From assembly GCA_046563655.1 (NCBI GenBank), contig CM102286.1:7254001-7318000 (forward strand): DNA of 64,000 nt. Direction: 5' to 3'. The DNA is from Yuukianura sp. NJ FZ-2021. Its lineage: Eukaryota. The translations under genes and the position numbers were made by a program. This document shows positions 51,385 to 64,000 of this stretch, in pieces. The notes beneath the pieces were generated by a model. It had not been told where the DNA came from. It did no database searches and saw nothing but the letters and a program-made list of their open reading frames with translations. How positions within the stretch are numbered: the stretch's first letter is position 1; the number at the start of each line of letters is the position of its first letter.

Positions 51385-52484
51385 TTAGTTACAAGCGTTA
51401 CGAATATAATCTGTCCCGCTATTAGTGTGAGAAAATTTGAACCCGACGCTTGTCATGAGACGCCTCGAGGTTTCATTGTATTCTTCAATGTGTACCACTG
51501 GAATTTTCCCGGATTTGGCCGTGACCTTACAAAGTTCTTTCATAAGTAGTTTTGCGTGACCTTGACCTCTGTATTCTTCCAATGTATGAACTATCTGAAT
51601 TGCTCCATCGCGCATGTTCATTCCCCAACTGACCAAGGTTCCATTCAGTTCCAGTCCTACAGACTCCAGCTTCATGGCACCCTCCCAAATATAGTCCAAG
51701 TCACATACATCAGCATAGGTACTTCCAGTTTCCAAAAACAGTTGCTGCGTCAGTCTGCCTCAATGAACGTGTGGAATAGCCTAGTGTAACCTAAAATTTC
51801 AAAAATTCCAACACATTTAAAATATTTTGTGCGGTAAAAATTAACTTTGCAGTTTGAACATGCTTGGAGTCAATGTTAAGCGCATCTTGGATCGGCATGT
51901 AGTAGGCATCATTGGGTTCGACTGCTCTTGAAAATCCTTCTCGTGTGCCACAAGCTGTAAGTAGATGGTCCAAGATTAATTTGTCCACTGCATTGAAGTT
52001 AAATGATTTACTCCAGTCCACTAGCTCTACAAATTTTGGTATGATTTGAACCAATGTTTCTTCACAGGTTGTAATTGGTGCCAAAATACACCAGTAGTTA
52101 GTCATTTTCTGGAAATGGAAATAAATGTTTTAATAATTTATAATATGTATTATAACATAATTTAATATTACTTTCGAAACGTCTAATTCAACTTACAGTT
52201 TCAATACAGGACACGATACAAGTGTGTCCATTGTCCAGCCCATCGTATCGAAAGAAAACTGTGCTTGCTTTGAAATTGCAGGACAAGCTAATTAAAACCA
52301 TATTGTAGAGCTACTCAAAAAAAAATTTTTTTGTTTGGTCATTCGTTTGACAAATTTGAATTTTTTGCTTACTAACAATGAACGTTACCTGAGAAGCCTT
52401 TGGGAGTCGCTGTGTTAAAATTTTTGGCAAGTTGATCACTTCGTTTTCACTCATTTTGACAAATCCATAGTCAGGTGACCCCAT
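51385..52484 (-). pseudogene. GNAT/glycine N-acyltransferase-like paralog, copy 2, apparently frameshifted
   Basis: Same four-exon structure and high similarity to copy 1. In the last exon, alignment to copy 1 needs a 1-nt deletion near 51785 and a 4-nt insertion (GGTA on +, 51718-51721), giving premature stops. The third donor aligns as GC rather than GT. Confidence 0.7.
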
Positions 52485-55400
52485 TCTGATTTCATTGTGG
52501 TTCACAACAGCGCGAAACACGAAGAATTTGAGATTTGTTAAGAAAATTTGGCGAAATTGGTTGACGTTATTTCATTGAGAGAAGTACTTTGCGCACTTTG
52601 CAAATGGCGTCAAGAGGTTCCGGGTAATCTAATCAAATTGTTTACAAAAAAATTTCTTGGCTACAAATCAAGTGACACTTAACCAACAATTATTGCCATT
52701 TCACACGGTAGCAGTAGAGTAACAACGTGCAAAGTCAAAGTTCAATTAATTTTGGCGTTGAAATATTAAACATTAGTTGTAAACAATTTATTTGAGTCTT
52801 GGTCATTAAAATGAGGTTGACTAGATGTTAATTTCCTGGAAGGAGACTGTGCTTTTGAGGTCATAAGTTTCCTAATAAATTGACTGCGCTTTCACTCCTA
52901 GTGAGAATTTCTAGTCTCTTTTTAATTATTTTGGCAACAGTTTTGCGGAGTGTAAAGCAAGGGGAAGGCCTTAGTTAGTTCTAATTTATTTTGTTTATGA
53001 CTCCTATAGTTTGTCATCTCCACAGGAGTCACGTGCAATATAAATTTGAACAAAAGCGCCAACGACCATATTGCTTTCCTCAATTTCAAACAGGAAACAC
53101 AGATCCAGAATACAGCATTTCTCTGGAGACTCTGCAATTGTAATTGGATGAGGTTTCTGTTCGTTGAACTTCACACATTTCCTAACCACTTAAACTTGGC
53201 ATGTGAAAATAACTTGCACTTTCGGTGTTGGTCACTGCTCATGCGCCAGGTTAAAATCACTAGGAGATTGAAAGTCGAGAGACGAATGGAGAGTTGTGTA
53301 AAAACAGTCCAGACTGCATTTTCGACACTCTTTTTTGTTTTATTTTTTACTCTAAAAGAGTTGTTTTCAGTTACTTTTCCATTGCTTTTTTGGTTTTTAG
53401 TGATCAAGTTAAAAGAATAGAAGAAACGCATGGAACAGTTCACAAGGAAAACGTTAAAGGTTTTTTTTGCTCGTGTTTTGAAAGGTCGCAGGGTTAGGAG
53501 CCATTTTGTAGATGAGACTTTTACTAAAGGAAAAAGTGCTTCTCCATCGTTTGTTTGAAGGAATAAAAGAAATCTCCGTGAGAATAGCTCAGGATTATTT
53601 TATCCAAAACAGCAGGACTTTTCCTTAGAGAACAAAAAAATGTGGGAGTAGGACAGAATACCGTTGAGTGTAGTATTAGTATAGGGTTCTTTTGGAATGG
53701 CACACATTCAACATTATTATACGACACACAAGACTTTAATCCGATTTCAAATTTTGTCACTTCCCCGCCTTCACCTTTCCGCCTTCATTTTGTACCTAAG
53801 AGATTTGCCCCCTTCTTCGGTAGATTTGATGCTTTGTGCCCGGATTGCGTCATCTCCCATCCTATGCATTTTTCACTTTTACTCGATTAATTTCTTTGAA
53901 ATTCCATTCTTCTGCGCAGTTAACACAATTCAAAATCTAGTTAGCCTAACAACTTTAAATAAATAGGTTAGCTTAAAATTTTTGAAATATTTTTCTGAAA
54001 GAAGAAATTAAAAATCTTCAGCAAACGTGGGTAGACGATATTAAGCAAGTCTAATGTAAAAATGTTAGGTTAGGGTAACTTTAGGCTAGGTTATGATAAA
54101 GTTCTAGGTACTGAAGTTAGATTGATTAATAAAATTGGGATTTGATTAAAACCGGCTGAATTCGAACTGAGTAGTAATTGGCGCCTTTCTCCAAGTTCGT
54201 GTAAGATTACATTCACCTGGTCATCTTCCAAGATTTGATTTGAGCGGGACTTTTTGAAAGTGTCCAAAGTAGTTGCGTGAATCCCTAGGAGGTACTTGGT
54301 TAGGTTCATCGGTGGAGTGGTTGTTCCCTGGAAAGTCTTCCCTTGAACAAGTCTTCGTAAATCATCATTAAAACCCTCCGGAAACTCCATTCGCCCAGAA
54401 ATGGAGTGGAAAAGAAAATTAGGGATTATTTATATCCTGCCCCTGCCCAGTCTCCTCCTTAGTCAGTTCATCTCTCCGAACTTCGGGTAATTTGTTGAGA
54501 GGGCATGAATCTCTGTCTTCCTATTATTAGCCAACCTACGGGTGCACTGTGTAGTAGTATCACAGTCTACAAATTACTTACTCCCCACTGCACTCCCGAA
54601 CTGGAGAATACTGAAATAAAAGTTCAAAAGGAAAAAATATTCAATGCCAATGTCAGCGTAGCGTGAAAACGACTTTCAACGAGAACAAAAACTAATAGTT
54701 TCAATGGAATTTTTACATTAGCAATAAATACTTGGCAAACGTGTGTGCTACACTGTGTACGGCTACTGCACTTGCATGTTTTCCTTCCCTTTGCATGAGA
54801 CCTCTGAACCTGAAACTTTCACATGCGAACATTCCATAAAAAATTATACTTTTTCTTTTTTATTATAAAAAAAAGCTGAAACATTCTCCCGCGGATTTTT
54901 CCACCCTCAAAATTAGAATTTAAAAAAATATGGTGTGAACATTCAAAAGGTGTTAAATTTTACATGGAATTTTTTGATTATAGCTTTGGAAGAAAGTGAA
55001 AGTGCGCCTTCCAGAAAACTCAATTTTGAGACAAATTAAAAAAGAACAAAAAAAATTTCAACGAAAACCAAAAAACAAATCAATCATCGAACTTCCTTTT
55101 CTTACGAAATTTAGAAAAAATAATAACAGTTTCTTTTGGGAAGAGTAGTAATTTTTACCATATGCTAATTTAAAAGGTGAAAGCATAAGTAACATTGATT
55201 GATGTATTTCTGATTCCTCAGCATCACTCTTTTTCTCACAAAGAAAAGCTTTCCGGAAAGGAAGGGAGCGTTAGAACATGTTTGTTTCGAAGTGTGGAGA
55301 ATTCGACATTTTCAAATTGTGGAAATTGTGAAAACTCGTTTAAATCTGATCCGAATTGGAATTAATTTGGCCTAATGGATATGAGTTAAGAATGAATGGG

Positions 55401-58400
55401 TTGTGTTTGCCAAGTGTCAGTCACATCAGGGAGTCAACGGAACGAAAGGAAGACAGGGAAAGGGAGTGGCCCTGTACAGGCTTGACTCCCCGGTGTGACA
55501 TTTCCATTCGTGTCACATTTCCAATTAATAATTTGTCATGCAACCAAACCTCTACAATGAATGAATCAACTAATCATACACAATTTCCTAACTTTTGTTG
55601 TTTTGTTTTTTTAGCGGTCAAAACAGTACGGACCCCTCACTATCAAAATTGATGTTTACACAGTTGAAAACAGGAATCATTTTTAATGGGCACTTTTCCA
55701 TAACGTTAAAATGGTAAACATCATGCATTTTAAATTATCATATTTCCCTGTGAAAACCAAATCGACTCGTTTCAAATGGAAAATTAAGCAATTAAAGTTT
55801 CAAAAAGGAAGGTGCAAACGGCGTCATCAAAATTTTACATCCCTGACACATGCAATTTTGTAACAATGAAATTACAAAGACAACATTATTTTCTCTAAAA
55901 AATTTTGACGGTTTTTAAAAAGCATTTTTCCAAACAAATTGTTAAGTTGTAGCTGTAGCTTATTCACAAATCTTTTTATGAAATAGACACTTTTCATGGT
56001 TTTATATTGAATTTTCTTGAAAGTCAAAAAATGTAGCTGGCGTGCTTTTGTTTTCTGATTTTAAACGTAATCAATATTTCAAACGAAAAATCGTGACAAA
56101 TTTTTGGTGTCAAACTAAATCCCCGTCGTGCGATATATTTTTTTCGCCCTGATCTGGACAACATGAGTTGAAACACGTACAGTTCAAAGGGTTTACACAA
56201 AAATTGAATTTTGATATACACAAAAATATGTCACAATTTTTTTTTTTCAAAATTTTTATTAAAACGACAACTTTTTTACACTTTTCTTGTACTGTGGATG
56301 ACGAAGGTTCCTTTGGAGTATGTTTTCGTTCCTTAAAGGGGTCTAATGACATTTACACCGTTTCACCTTGAAGCCATTTGAGACGAATTGAAATTGAGGT
56401 CTGGGGGTGAGGCTACGAATGAGACAGAAATCCATTTCCCAACTGTCAACCACATTAAGGAAGTACGCGCCAAGATTCAAACTCTTCTGATCTTCCGCCC
56501 TTTTTTTTTCCTTTAAGAAGGAGCTGAAAAAGACTCGCTTTCACTTTCCTTTTCTCCCGCTGAAACACTCCTCCGCCGATTCAAAGTCTTCCTAGTCTCT
56601 CCTGTTCTGGATTGATGTATGAATCTCACCTTGAGTCCTTAAATCCTTTAGAACTGGAAGTTCTAGACAGAAGGACTTTAGGCTGCTCAGATTTGAATCA
56701 AACTTTACCGCTTGCATTTTCCTAACCGGATGATTTTCAAAGAAAAATAGGAAGAGAGGAATTGGATTTGTTTCCAAGGATTTCCTCTGTCCTGTCCAGA
56801 CATTTCCGGACCAATTCATCATTCTCCTGTTAGATGTGCAAGCATGTTCAAATAGAACATGAGTTTTTTGTTGTTCAAAAAATTCACAATGGAACCAATT
56901 ATTCACTTAGCGGTTACGTTTTTTATGTTTCGAAGAACCCGTGCCAGCTCTTTTGTGCCAAATATTAATTGGCTTCAGTTATGCAAAAAACGAAAGTCAT
57001 TTATCATCAATTTGACTCGCTCAGGTTTGAAATAGAAACTCAGTAAAGAAGGAAACGCCCTTTTTCGAAAAAAAAAGCAAAAAAAAAGTGACAAGTGAAA
57101 GATTGAAATCGGCGGGATGTGCATGGCATCTTGGAAAAAAATTTATTGTAAAAAATTTCCTTTCCATATGCTGGTAGTAGTGAGGAGGTAACGCCTTACC
57201 ACCTACACCATTTTTTGAAAACGCAGGAAACGTTACTACTTTTTGGCAACAAGCGCCAAAAGATTTGAATTTAAAACTCGGAAGCCAAAGCCACGAAAGA
57301 AAAAAACGAGTACGGAATTTTGAAATAGGTACATATGTGGAACAAGATTATTTTGAAGAAAAAATTGCACGCTAAATTCAAACATTTGATAAAAACTATG
57401 GAATGTATATTAAATTGAACCTACAGAAAATAACAATTTAAAATTCCGACTTCTGGAAAATAATTTTGTTTTGGCGGCAACGTGCTTTTGAAACTAATCT
57501 ACAAACGAGGCATTATAAAATTACAACCTTCTTTTCCCGCAGTTTTTGTTTCACCGGATCCAAATCGTAGAAAATTCAACTTTTGTTTGAACTTTTGTTC
57601 CAAATCATCAATCATCATCGCGTCACTCAACAAAGTTCACATTGGCCATGGCTGTGGTGACCGTAGCGGAAGAATTCAAAAAGTTTTTTTTTGATCGTCG
57701 CTTGTTTTCCCTTGTGGTTTCATTTTTTTAATTGTTAAAGAAAGTGTTTCCTTCCACTGCCACTGTTGTAATTGCCTTTCTCCCCTTCAATTTGAACTCA
57801 ATTTCAGCCAACGAAAGTCAACAAAGCGGTGCTTTCTCTTTTGGCGCACTTAAATTTCAAACTTTCCCGCTCCAAATAAAATCCTTATCCTCACTCTCCA
57901 TCACAAAAACTGCCGTCTTCCTTTGATATTATTTATGTTTTATTCCCCATGTTTTTCCGCCACTGCATATACCACTCCACTTTCCTTAGAAAAGCATGGA
58001 AGGACCATTGTGTTCTGCTCCTGCCTTTGTGTTTGATGGTTCCCTTGGTGCGGTTTTGCCTATTGTCAAGGGCCCATTCGTCAGGAGAGGGAAAGTGCGC
58101 CAAGTTATAAAGTGTGTGAAAGCAGAGGGGGGTCTTCTGAGGGATTCTCCTGGGAAATCTTTCCAGGGAAGCAGAGAGACAGAGAGTTCCGAGGTTCGAA
58201 TGGTTTTGGATTTGAGATTTCCATCTCAAAATGTTTTGGTTGAATCCAGGAATCCATAGGACTCTGTTTGGAAGACACACTCCGAATACTCCGAAAGAGA
58301 CACAACACTTCACAAAAATCGGAGAGAGTGAAAGCTCCTAGCGTTCCAAAGGCTTTTAAAGATTTTCGATTGGAATGCTGCGAAGAAAGAAGCGGGAATT

Positions 58401-61400
58401 TCTGCTTTTCTACTTGGCTCAAATCCTGCATGTTAAAAATAGTGAAAGCAAGTGAAAGGACGGCCGAGATTAAGGTGAAAGTAGGTTTGAGGTCTTCCAT
58501 CACAGTGAAAATGCGTTGATTTATGCCGTTACATTACAAGACTGATATACATTATGTAGTCGACTCACGAACGTGTGGGTTACGATACGGCAACCATGTG
58601 CATATGTTTACGTGCTTGACACTATGTTATGCTTGTGATTATGCAGTAATGCATAATCGCAATCCAAATTGTAACGCTGCGATATGTTACTAGGTGTTAC
58701 AATGCAACTGGCACATACTATTTAATGCAACATTATTGTGTTATAGTTCACATAATCATGTAATAGGTATGTTTTGCTATATTGCGCATCATACTGTATA
58801 TTTTGGCGGCTATGTTAGCATACGCTTTTCTACGCGTATTCACGTTTATGCCGTGTAGCTCACAACGCGTTACCGGACGTATACCGTATACTATGGTATC
58901 AAACATCACTTTTTACGTACTCTTAGGTTATGTTGTGGTGTATTAGAGTTGTCTTTTTAAACAAAACGTGGGAAGGCGATGAAATGGTGAAATCTGCAAA
59001 GGGAAGTCAGAGGTCACGTGATAACTTTTACACGCACAATTTTGAAGGGGAAAGCAACGTTTACTTATATTTTAGGAGGGGAAATGTGTAGGGTAGGGAT
59101 TTGGAAAATGAAAACGCGCGAAAAGAAAACGAAAATTTGATTCGTCTTCATCTCCACCTCCGTGAAATTAGATTAACACATCCATTTGGTGGTAGTTTCC
59201 TGGAACATGGTCATGGTGCTGGCCGATACCCGGGCAATCCTGTTGGGCCCATCCCGGGTGATAAGTTATCCAATTTAATTCTCCCTCCTTGACCATTAGG
59301 AAAATATCAACTTCTGATTCCATTCTCCAGCCAAAATCCAACGAAAACATTCTTCACTTTGCCTAGTTGTAGTCGTCTTGGCAAGTAGGGGTTCTTTCCC
59401 CTGTTGGTCGTGTCTCGTGTGTTAGTTGTAAGCTGTAATTCGTTATACTTCAATGACCATGCACTCCAGCAGAGTCCCGCGTTCGAATCCCAGCCTCGGC
59501 TTATTCTATTTTTCCCGTAGAGAAAAAAGCCCATTTCCTTTGAGTTCCTTTCCTCTGGGTTCGGAGGAAGGGCTGTTCCGGTCCTGTAGATTTCCTTCCT
59601 ATTAAAACCATTTTTCTACCCTTGGCCCTTGTGCACTTCCCTTCTGATTAACTTTTTCTCTAATTTTCACATTGGGAAACTGTGTGCAGAGTTGGGCAAG
59701 TGGAAGGGGAGCAGTACAAGTATGGGCACAAGAGTCATTCCATTTAATGATTACTTTCCCTTTTGCTTTATTACTTCTAAGGGGAACTTACTTACTATGC
59801 TTCAATCTATTCCATCTCAATTCAACTGTGTAGACAAAAAGGTCAACAAATAAATCTTTTTCAAGGTTGACTTTTGACCTCGACAAGTAGAACCACAAAA
59901 AGTGCAACAACAATTCGACCAATAACTTTCATGCTAAAAATTTTCAAGAAAATAGCAGAAGTTGCATGGGGCGGAATTTTGTACCATGAAAGTTAGATAA
60001 AAACGAAAGTATTTTTTACCGTTAAAACGTTAGTTTGTTTTTCAATTTTAAATTTTGGGGTCGTCGTGAGACTTCAGAAGTTTTTTTTAACTGATGGGGA
60101 CTCAGCGTGTGAGAATTGTGAGTAGTATATTCCTGTTTCGAAAATAACTATGCTTGTGGAAAACAAGTTGAGTGAATTGCGTTGACAGTTTCGTAGTTGA
60201 TCAAAATTAAGAAGAAGCTGAGCAAGTTTTTGTTCGTCGGTCCAATTTTTCCAATTCCTTCTTTTCATTCCCCTGGCTCTTTAATCTTTGAAATAGCCTT
60301 TGTCTTTTTCCTTTCCTCCAAAAGATCCTCTACTTCTGTGTTCGTCCTTAAGATGATGGAGATGTGAGTGAGTGAGTAGTGAGAGGGATGTGATGGAATG
60401 AATTGGAAACTAAATTCAAACTTTTCAAAGTCTCTCAAAAAGTACTTTCACCTTTCCTCAGAAAAAGTTTCACAAAACAGATCCCAGGAAAAAGAGAACA
60501 AACGAAGCAGAGTCTAATTTCCCTCTTCTCTTTTTAAAGAGAGGATGCCGTAAGAAGCGGGGTTTTCGTCTCTTTGTTAATTGGCAACTCAAAAAACTTT
60601 CTCTTCTGTTACACTCGAAAAAAAGGCTTGAAAAAGTTGCTTCTTTTATTCAAGTGCAAGAGACACATTAGAGTTAGTGAGTTCAAGTTTTGTCTCAAGT
60701 TGTCTTTTTGGTCCTCCAGGAACAAAACCGTGGCACTGTTGTACTAGAGTTGTTATGTAGGTGTGGACAATGGTCTACGCGTTTTCTTTATTTTTGGAAA
60801 AAGTTGACGGAAGTCGCTCCAAGTCACAACTTTTTTTGGTGAAGAAGAGAAGAAACGAACTTCAGAATTCAGACAATTTTTGTACTTTTTCCCCTTTGTT
60901 CTTTTCTTTTATGAGAACTTTGTTGCTTGGAACAGTAGTAGTTTTGTATCGGTTTATAGTAATAAGGATTCGACCATCATCCTCCGCACTTTGTTCTGCA
61001 CGAGAGTCGGTTTCCTGCTCCTGGCGACGTTCTAGTTTTGGTCTTTTTTTGCTTCTTTTAGTCTTTCTAGTTTTAGTCTCTGTTCTTGTTCTGCTGAGTC
61101 TTAGAGGAAATGACGATGGGCCTTGAAAAGTAGGGGAATGTGGAGGAGGAGGAGAGGTACATCGTCAGAGTAAAGTGAAAGTAGAAGAAAGTGATCAAAG
61201 GAAGGCGTACAAGGTTCGGAAACACGGAAACCTTGATATTGCAATTTCTTACTTCAAAACGTCCAAGAACTCCGTTTTTGTACTTTGGCGCCTTTTTCCT
61301 CGAGGGCTTTCTTCATATCTTCTTCTTTCTCTTCCTTCTTCTCCTCCAAATTTGAAATTATTTGCCAAAGATAGAAGGTAGACGCGCAAGATAACTCGGA

Positions 61401-64000
61401 AAACTTCGAAGTCTTAAATTTTTGATTTCACTTTCTCCTGGTCTCTTTTCTGGAAGATTTTTTTTCTTCTTTAAAGATTTTTCTAGTCGTCTCCCCTTTG
61501 AAAGGCAAAATTTTTGGAAGAGGAGCACCAAATATTAGGTTTTCGTTGGAGGTCTTCCTGAGTGGAGCACAAAGCGGGCAGCAAAGAACCGAAGGCGCTT
61601 AAGTTCAAAGTTGTGTTTTTGCTTTAAAAATTTTGGATTCTCTGTAAAAAAAAAAATCAGACTTTTCATACTTTTAGGCCATATGCATCACTTCATTTCA
61701 AATGAAAAAAGTGAGTAAGGTGAAAAAAATGTTTGGGGTTAAAAATGTCAACAAATGAGTCTTTGGCCTTATAATTTATTCAGTGAGGCTTTTACATTTT
61801 GTGTAGAAAAGCAAAAACACCACTTTTGCGTTTGTTTCATTTTTCCATTTCTTTAAAAGAAAAATACACGTAGAAACAGGTACACACGGATGACAGGAAG
61901 ACGTGAATAAGTAAACAGGCCAGAAATCCTGTACCAGGTACTTATGCCATTAAATTCTCACATTTTTTAGTCCATTTTTGGCATATATTTTTTGAAACTC
62001 AAATTTTCAAAAATGTTGTTTCAAAGAATTTTTAAAGTTAGAAGTTGGCGACATTCAAGTCATCGATCTACGCTGCCTTTTATTTCCATATTAGATCGTT
62101 TTTTTTTTACATTTGACCACTAATGTAAAACAACAACAAAAAATGAGTTGTGGGTTGTATTGCAAATGGGTTCAGATCTTTGAAAATTCAAAGTTGGAAA
62201 TGTCAAAGTTTTGATTGTGAGTAAAATCTCAATTCTTGAGTTGATATGTATGAATATTGAACATGTAAAACGTACAAATTGATACATATTTGTGGCGTTT
62301 CTTTTATTTGTGTCTTCTTCCACTTTTTTTTGAAATTTTAGCGATGAACTTTTTGTATGGAGATTTGCGAAGTGAAAGGCTATTGGGCGTTAAGTGAGGA
62401 AATCCGAGTCAAGTGAAGAGCAGTTGATACGGTCAAGTTTAAATTGGGCGTTTTTCTTTTGCTTGAGGTTTGGATTTAAACGAAACTCGGAAAGCAGAAG
62501 GGTACTTGACTAGGACTTCTGAAAAAAATCTAAAATCTGGAGGACTCCTATTCTAGAAGATCCGTTTTCTAGTTGGCTAGAAGATATACTCAGAGCGTAG
62601 GCAGAGTGTCAGTTCTATTAGAAGGTTTTAGTAGCTTCAACTTCTAGTTTTACTTTCTAGTCCAAAGTGGAAGAGAAAGTCAGTTGTTAGGCAAGGCAGT
62701 CGGTGGAAAGTGGCTCCGCTTTTAGTTGACACTAAATTTATGGTCCAGCACAAACCCTATTGATTTCTTACCCAAAGAATAGTCTCTTTTGCTCCCTTTA
62801 ACATAACAAAAAAAGTGATGGAACGAGTCTTAACTTTTTTGTTCTTAAGCAGGGACCTAAACTTGTCATAAAATCTCAGCTTGGGATGAAACATTGGGAA
62901 AACCCAAATTTTGGGCCTAAACTAAAAAAAAATGATAGATTTTATTTTGGAATAAACTGATAGGGCTGATTTTGGAATTGAAAAAATGAAATAGAAAACA
63001 ATGTGTAAATTCTAAAAATAAAGTTTCTGCTTAATTTTCTTTTATGCGTGTGCGTGATTCAATTCAAATTTTTTCTTTTTGTGTTTTGGGTGTTCTTGTG
63101 CATGTAACGTGTAGTTTTTTTTTTCGGAGCGGCACAACTTGAGTGCCAAACATTTGATTATACACGCAATTAACTTCCAGCTCAAAAAAAGTTATCACGC
63201 GTGAGGGCGGGATTTTTTCAACTCTCGTTTTTGAAATTGAACCGTTTCTGGAGGTTTTTGACGTGCGTTTTGAACGAAAAGAAGCAGAGGGCAAAACTGT
63301 TTGTTTGAATGTGCGTAACATGCGCACGAAACGTTACTTTCAAGCTAGTTTTGTGGAGTAATAACAGTGAGTAAAAGAACCAAAGGCCATGTCACCATTA
63401 TTAATAAAGTTTTCAAATGGTTAACAAGTAGTGAATGGAACCTGTCATGCCTTTTCCCGCTTTTTCAAAACTTCCCTCCAAAATTAAGCTCCGTGGAACC
63501 TTTGACCACAAAATTATAATTTGAGGCCCATGAGAACCACGCCCTTTTCACCAAACACGCAAAAGGCTGATTGGGAACTTTTTCAGGAAATTCCAAAAGT
63601 GTCGTTGTACTTTTTCCGAGAGCTTTTCTTATAAAACCGCGACACTAGGGAAAAAGAAGAAGTTTTTTAAAGCTTTTTTTGAAAAGTGAAAGTTAGGTTC
63701 CAGAATGTTCAATTAATTGAGTTCATAGGATGATTCGAGTCATTGAATCGAAAGGAAAGTTTTATAATTGAGACTCCTTTGCCCTCTAGTGACACTTTCA
63801 ACTTTCGACTTTTCACTTTCTCCATTCCTATTCATTTCGAATTTTCGTATTTTCCCACTTCCAAAGCCCCAAAACTTTGTCACGTTATTCCTTCCTTTGT
63901 GTGGTTCAGTCGATTTCAAATTCATTGTTAAAAGTTGTGCTACTCACAACTTTTCCTGGTGACCTCTGAACTTTCTCTCCTTACACCCTCCGATTACTAT

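Noticed and set aside
59455..59500. B-box-like GTTCGAATCCC
   Set aside because: No matching A-box/D-arm or acceptor stem. Possibly a SINE relic, but unsupported as a tRNA.
1..64000. Prokaryotic-type systems (CRISPR arrays, operons, defence islands) and autonomous transposase or reverse transcriptase ORFs
   Set aside because: The sequence is intron-containing animal DNA. No regularly spaced direct repeats and no long uninterrupted ORFs of these kinds are present.

Overview
Eukaryotic (animal) genomic DNA with spliceosomal GT-AG introns. The short introns, AT-richness and gene content suggest an arthropod, possibly a springtail-like hexapod; the taxon is an inference. The window has two regimes. 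(1) Positions 1-14 kb are a compact gene cluster: the 3' part of Tom40 (+), RBBP5 (-), an intron-containing tRNA-Pro(AGG) (+), kanadaptin/SLC4A1AP (-), CPPED1 (-), a 372-bp foldback MITE with an 8-bp TSD, and an unrecognised multi-exon gene with an SQ-rich tail (-). (2) Positions ~14-64 kb are gene-poor. They hold three widely spaced 5' exons of an Ig-domain cell-surface protein (+), two tandem antisense GNAT/glycine N-acyltransferase-like genes downstream of its last visible exon (one apparently frameshifted), a non-autonomous hAT element and further foldback elements. The most interesting unexplained signals are two candidate structured non-coding RNAs at the kanadaptin locus, one intronic (~210 nt) and one divergent from its 5' end (~320 nt). 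In both, a stem pairing the two ends is followed closely by ACA. Dispersed TTAGG-type, AAGTGAAAG and TTTCCCGC motifs are also over-represented. All assignments were made by eye; no searches or folding programs were run.
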